From positions 3,328,001 to 3,392,000 of the forward strand of contig CBDCXR010000004.1 of the NCBI GenBank assembly GCA_965223845.1: 64,000 bases of DNA. The letters run 5' to 3'. Under the pieces are notes generated by a model that worked only from the letters and a program-made list of their open reading frames with translations, was not told the origin of the DNA and ran no database searches. The DNA comes from Planctomycetota bacterium. Its GTDB lineage: Bacteria > Planctomycetota > UBA8108 > SXIK01. Position 1 is the first letter of the stretch, and every line of letters starts with the position of its first letter. Position numbers and translations under genes: made by a program. Positions 60,029 through 64,000 of this stretch are shown piece by piece.

Positions 60029-60976
60029 ATGATTTCGACTCGTCGCCTGCTTCCGCTTGCCGCACTCTTCGTCCCGACGCTCGTGATCGCGCAGACCCCT
60101 CAAACCGCGCCTCCGCAGCAGACTGCGCCCCGCGATCGGCCGTTTCTCGGCCTCCAGACGATCGCCGCCGAGAACGCCGACCGCGGTATCGACGTCCAGT
60201 ACGTGTTTCCCGGATCGGCGGCCGAGTCGATGGGATTTCGCATCGGCGACCGCGTCCTCGCGCTGAACGACGTCGTCCTGCGCACCCGGGAAGGGTTCAT
60301 CAACGAGCTCAGAGGGGAGAACGTCGGCGCGACGCTTCGCTTCATCATCCAGCGCGACGGAAAGAAGCAGGCGCTCCGGGGAAAGATCGGAAGCTACACG
60401 AAGACCATGCGAGCCTACGAGAAGGTCCTCCAATCGAAGCAACTCGGAAAGCCGCTTCCGAAGTATCCCCCGATCGAATGGTGGGACGCGGAGTCGATGA
60501 GCTTCAAGAAGAACCCGCAGGGGCTCGAGACGACGGGAAAGCCGGCGGTGATTTTCTCTTTCGATGGCTGCCCCAATTGCCGGCAGCGCCGCATCGGGAA
60601 GCTCTCCGCGATGGCGCAGACTCTCGAGGGATTCGGATCGCCCGCCGAGTTTCGCGGGATCTACTTTGTCCCGGAGCCCGATCTCGACAAGGCTCGCGCC
60701 GCCGCAAAGAAACTCTACAGCGGTCTGAAGACGACCATTCCGATGGGAATCGCGCTCTACACGAAGGAATCGCAGGACGTCTCGAAGCGCGACGACCACG
60801 CCGTCCTTCACCAACACGGCGTAGCGATCCTCGACGAAAAGGGAACGGTGCAGTATCTCCAGGTGCACGGACTTCCCGAGCAAGTTTTCTGGGGTGCCTT
60901 CCAGCGCATCTTGAAGCTCGAGACGCCGAAAGCGCCCGAAAAGTCGACGGCCCCGGACGCGCCGCCTGGATCGTGA
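60029..60976 (+). CDS. Secreted PDZ + thioredoxin-fold (CPNC) protein
   Basis: Signal peptide; FLGL...V.PGSAA...G..IGD.VL..N PDZ; GKP.VIF.F..CPNC, ILDEKG.V. Confidence 0.7.
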   Translation: MISTRRLLPLAALFVPTLVIAQTPQTAPPQQTAPRDRPFLGLQTIAAENADRGIDVQYVFPGSAAESMGFRIGDRVLALNDVVLRTREGFINELRGENVGATLRFIIQRDGKKQALRGKIGSYTKTMRAYEKVLQSKQLGKPLPKYPPIEWWDAESMSFKKNPQGLETTGKPAVIFSFDGCPNCRQRRIGKLSAMAQTLEGFGSPAEFRGIYFVPEPDLDKARAAAKKLYSGLKTTIPMGIALYTKESQDVSKRDDHAVLHQHGVAILDEKGTVQYLQVHGLPEQVFWGAFQRILKLETPKAPEKSTAPDAPPGS

Positions 60977-61013
60977 GTGGGCGCGTGACCCTGATCTCCC
61001 CGCCGATTCACCG

Positions 61014-61547
61014 ATGACGGATTCCGCCGACGAAACTCGACCGCGCCGCCGATCGCGCGTTCCGCTGGCGCTCGCGGCGATCGTCGCGGTGGGGTTCGTC
61101 GTTGCGTTCCTGCTTCTTCGCGACGCGACTCCCCTGCTGTCGAGCGCAGATCTCGAGTCGGCCCGGACGCGCTGGGAAGCTCTCGCCATCGACAGCTACA
61201 CCATTCGCCTCCACAAGGAGGCCGGAGGGGCGATCGACGAAACGATCACGACCGTCGTCGATGCCGGTCGGCCGACGTCGATGTCCATCGACGGTCGGGA
61301 TGTGAATCCGCCCCGCGATTCGTACACGCTCCCGAGCCTCTTCGAGATCATGGAGCGAGAGCTCGTGATCGCCGAGGGTCGCGAGTCGCTACCCGGTCAA
61401 CCGCAGAACCCGGTTCTCAAAGCGGCCTTCGACGGGAAGACGGGCGTGCCGCTCGTCTTCAAGCGCATCGCGTCCAAGCGCAGCGTGTTCATGACGGTGC
61501 TCAGCGTCGACGTTCCCGGTCGCGGCGATCTGGTCGCGAGCGATTGA
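61014..61547 (+). CDS. Membrane-anchored hypothetical protein (DUF6174-like)
   Basis: TM helix, L..AR.RW....I.SY, T...LF..., FD...G.P. Confidence 0.55.
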   Translation: MTDSADETRPRRRSRVPLALAAIVAVGFVVAFLLLRDATPLLSSADLESARTRWEALAIDSYTIRLHKEAGGAIDETITTVVDAGRPTSMSIDGRDVNPPRDSYTLPSLFEIMERELVIAEGRESLPGQPQNPVLKAAFDGKTGVPLVFKRIASKRSVFMTVLSVDVPGRGDLVASD

Positions 61548-61604
61548 ATTCGGGCTCGCCCGCGGCGGAATTCGGAAGCGAACTTCGAAAAGAGGGAGAG
61601 ATCC

Positions 61605-63149
61605 ATGGCCAAACGCCGCTCGAAGCGTCCCGGAGGATCCCTGATCCTCGCGATCGATCAGGGCACGACGGGAACGAAGGCGCTCCTCATCGACGCGAAG
61701 CTCCGCGTCGTCGCCGAGCACAGCGAGGAATTCCCCCAGCACTTCCCCAAGCCGGGTTGGGTCGAGCACGAACCCGACGAGATCTTCACGAGCGTGAGCG
61801 GCGCGGTGAAGGGGGCACTCCGACGCGCAAAGCGACCCGCGAGTGCGATCGCCGCGATCGGCATCACGAATCAACGCGAGACGACGGTTCTCTGGGACAA
61901 GAAAACGGGGCGGCCGCTTCACCGAGCCATCGTCTGGCAGGATCGACGGACCGCGGACCGCTGTCGCGCTTTGAAGGAGCGTGGCCTCGAGCGGACGATC
62001 CGGCGAAAAACGGGCCTCGTCCTCGACCCATACTTCTCCGGGACCAAAGCGGCTTGGATACTCGACAAGATCCGCGGCGCGCGCCGGCGAGCCGAGCGCG
62101 GCGAGATTCTGTTCGGAACGATCGACACTTATCTTCTGTGGCGTCTCACGGGCGGAGAAGCGCACGCGACGGACATCTCCAACGCGTCGCGAACTCTGCT
62201 CATGGATCTCAAGATCGGCGCGTGGAGTCCGCAGCTCTGTGCGGCGCTCGACGTCCCGGTGGAGATTCTCCCCGAAATTCGGCCGAACGACGCGACATTC
62301 GGACACACGCGCGGAGTCCGGTTCCTTCCCGACGGGATCCCGGTTACGAGCCTGATCGGCGATCAGCAATCGGCCCTCTTCGGCCAGGTTTGTTTTCGCC
62401 CGGGTGAGGCGAAGTGCACTTACGGGACGGGCGCCTTCCTCGTCGTGAATACGGGTGAGGAGATCGTCCGCTCGCGTCACGGCGTTTTGACGACCGCGGG
62501 GTGGCAACTCGGATCGAAGCGCACGTACGCGCTCGAAGGCTCGTCGTTCATCGCGGGTGCGGTCGTCCAGTGGCTCCGCGACGGGCTCGGCCTCATCGAC
62601 TCGGCCGCGGAGATCGAGTCGCTCGCAGCCTCGGTGGAGAGCTCGGACGGCGTGGTCCTCGTTCCGGCGCTCGCCGGTCTCGGCGCTCCGCACTGGGACG
62701 CGGACGCGCGCGGCCTCATCTGCGGCCTGACTCGCGGTACGACGCGCGCGCATCTCGCCCGCGCCGCGCTCGAGGGCATGGCGCTTCAGATCGGTGATCT
62801 CGTCCGGGCGATGGAAGCCGATCTCGGGCGGCGGTTCCGCTCGCTCAAGGTCGACGGCGGCGCGAGCCTGAACGATCTCCTGATGCAGTTCCAAGCGGAC
62901 ATGCTCGGCGTCAAGGTCGTCCGGCCGAAGATCACGTCGACGACGGCGCTCGGCGCTGCGCTCCTCGCGGGACTCGGAGTCGGGATGTTCTCTTCGCCGA
63001 GTGCGATTCGATCGATCTGGGCGGAAGAGCGGTCCTTTCGCCGAGCGATGGCACCGGCAGCAGTGCGCCGCCACACCGCGCAGTGGGAGGACGCGATCGC
63101 GCGGACTCGCTCGACCGAGAGGAAGGCCGGCAATCGCGCGGGAAAGTGA
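61605..63149 (+). CDS. glpK: Glycerol kinase
   Basis: LAIDQGTT, P.PGWVEH.P, IGITNQRETT, AIVWQDRRT, DPYFSGTK, GDQQSALFGQ, K.TYGTG.F, YALEGS, VDGGA. Confidence 0.96.
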   Translation: MAKRRSKRPGGSLILAIDQGTTGTKALLIDAKLRVVAEHSEEFPQHFPKPGWVEHEPDEIFTSVSGAVKGALRRAKRPASAIAAIGITNQRETTVLWDKKTGRPLHRAIVWQDRRTADRCRALKERGLERTIRRKTGLVLDPYFSGTKAAWILDKIRGARRRAERGEILFGTIDTYLLWRLTGGEAHATDISNASRTLLMDLKIGAWSPQLCAALDVPVEILPEIRPNDATFGHTRGVRFLPDGIPVTSLIGDQQSALFGQVCFRPGEAKCTYGTGAFLVVNTGEEIVRSRHGVLTTAGWQLGSKRTYALEGSSFIAGAVVQWLRDGLGLIDSAAEIESLAASVESSDGVVLVPALAGLGAPHWDADARGLICGLTRGTTRAHLARAALEGMALQIGDLVRAMEADLGRRFRSLKVDGGASLNDLLMQFQADMLGVKVVRPKITSTTALGAALLAGLGVGMFSSPSAIRSIWAEERSFRRAMAPAAVRRHTAQWEDAIARTRSTERKAGNRAGK

Positions 63150-63226
63150 GCGAGGCTTCGAATCGCGCTACGGAGCCTCGATCCAGCGAGACGAAGTCTA
63201 CGGTCCGTGGGCGAACGCGCGGTTCT

Positions 63227-63481
63227 TCAAACCGTTTGCGAGTGTGCCGACGCGCGCCGCATCTTGTAGATGCCCTCGAATGCGAGGCAGAGGCAGAGGC
63301 CGATCAGGAGCGCGCCCCAGAACTCACTTCGGATCGAGAGGTAGTCCGGATCGATCGCAAAGCTCGTCGCGGGCATTCTCAGCGCCTCGAAGTTGTCGTA
63401 GACGTAGTTCCAGTAGAAGAGGTGATACAGTCCGGCAACGAGTGCGACCGCAGCAAAGATGAGGTAGACGACACCAAGCAT
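63227..63481 (-). CDS. Small two-TM membrane protein
   Basis: Two hydrophobic helices and host codon usage; convergent with glpK. Confidence 0.55.
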   Translation of the reverse strand: MLGVVYLIFAAVALVAGLYHLFYWNYVYDNFEALRMPATSFAIDPDYLSIRSEFWGALLIGLCLCLAFEGIYKMRRASAHSQTV

Positions 63482-64000
63482 GGGGTGAGAGTCCTCGTGG
63501 TGCGAAAAGCGGATTCGGCGCGGTGGGATTCAGCCGCCGCTGAACAGACGTTCGGTCTTAGGGAAATCGTCGGCAAGCGGGGGCGGCGCGAGCGGGATTC
63601 TACCACACGAGTCGGGCGCGAAGGAATCGTCGCGGTCGACCCTGCGGGTGAGCCGGACGATGCCTGGGGAAAGTTGGGACCGACTTTTTTCCGGTAACCG
63701 TGCGGACCGACCGCCCAGTTTTTCCCCACCCGGTAAAGACCGGATCTCCGGACGAGGGGAGCGCGAACCCGACGCGGCGGCGAAGCGTCTCGACGCCCAG
63801 CCACGATGCGCGGGGGTTCGCGGCGGCTCGATCGTTGCCCCGCAACGACTTGGAGCCTCGTTGGTTCAGTCGCAGCCGCATCTCGTGCGGCCGCGAGGAC
63901 ACCTCTCCGGACGGTATCGGCACGCGCCTTGCCCGCGCCCCGGGTAGGGGAAGGACTCGAACGAGGAGTCTTCGCGAGGTCGAGGAGGAGAGAAGAGATG

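Overview
GC-rich chromosomal window (roughly two-thirds GC by eye), most likely from a Planctomycetota genome. The assignment rests on a planctomycete-type cytochrome c/WD40 protein, a TPR/FG-GAP/ASPIC-UnbV lipoprotein and Cys-capped dockerin-like tails. Housekeeping genes include nusA-infB-rbfA, yebC, bamA, mutS2, eda, proC, glcDEF, ggt, lexA and glpK. Five things stand out. (1) Two tandem arrays (143-bp units after infB; 152-bp units at about 40.4 kb) differ in sequence but share the same three hairpins with compensatory base changes. Each begins with an inverted fragment of its own unit that contains the upstream gene's Ile-stop codons and forms a terminator-like stem, so they look like an unnamed structured repeat/ncRNA family. 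(2) A SelW/Rdx-family selenoprotein (CxxU, in-frame UGA, SECIS-like hairpin) sits between eda and mutS2 and is missed by the ORF track. (3) A tightly coupled flavoprotein / ArsS-like radical SAM / Cys-rich metallophosphoesterase module may handle organoarsenic or another metalloid. (4) Two secreted proteins end in a cohesin-like plus dockerin-like module. (5) A roughly 80% Asp/Glu protein is translationally coupled to rbfA. I found no CRISPR array, rRNA, tRNA or transposase. All family assignments come from motif recognition by eye, not database searches.
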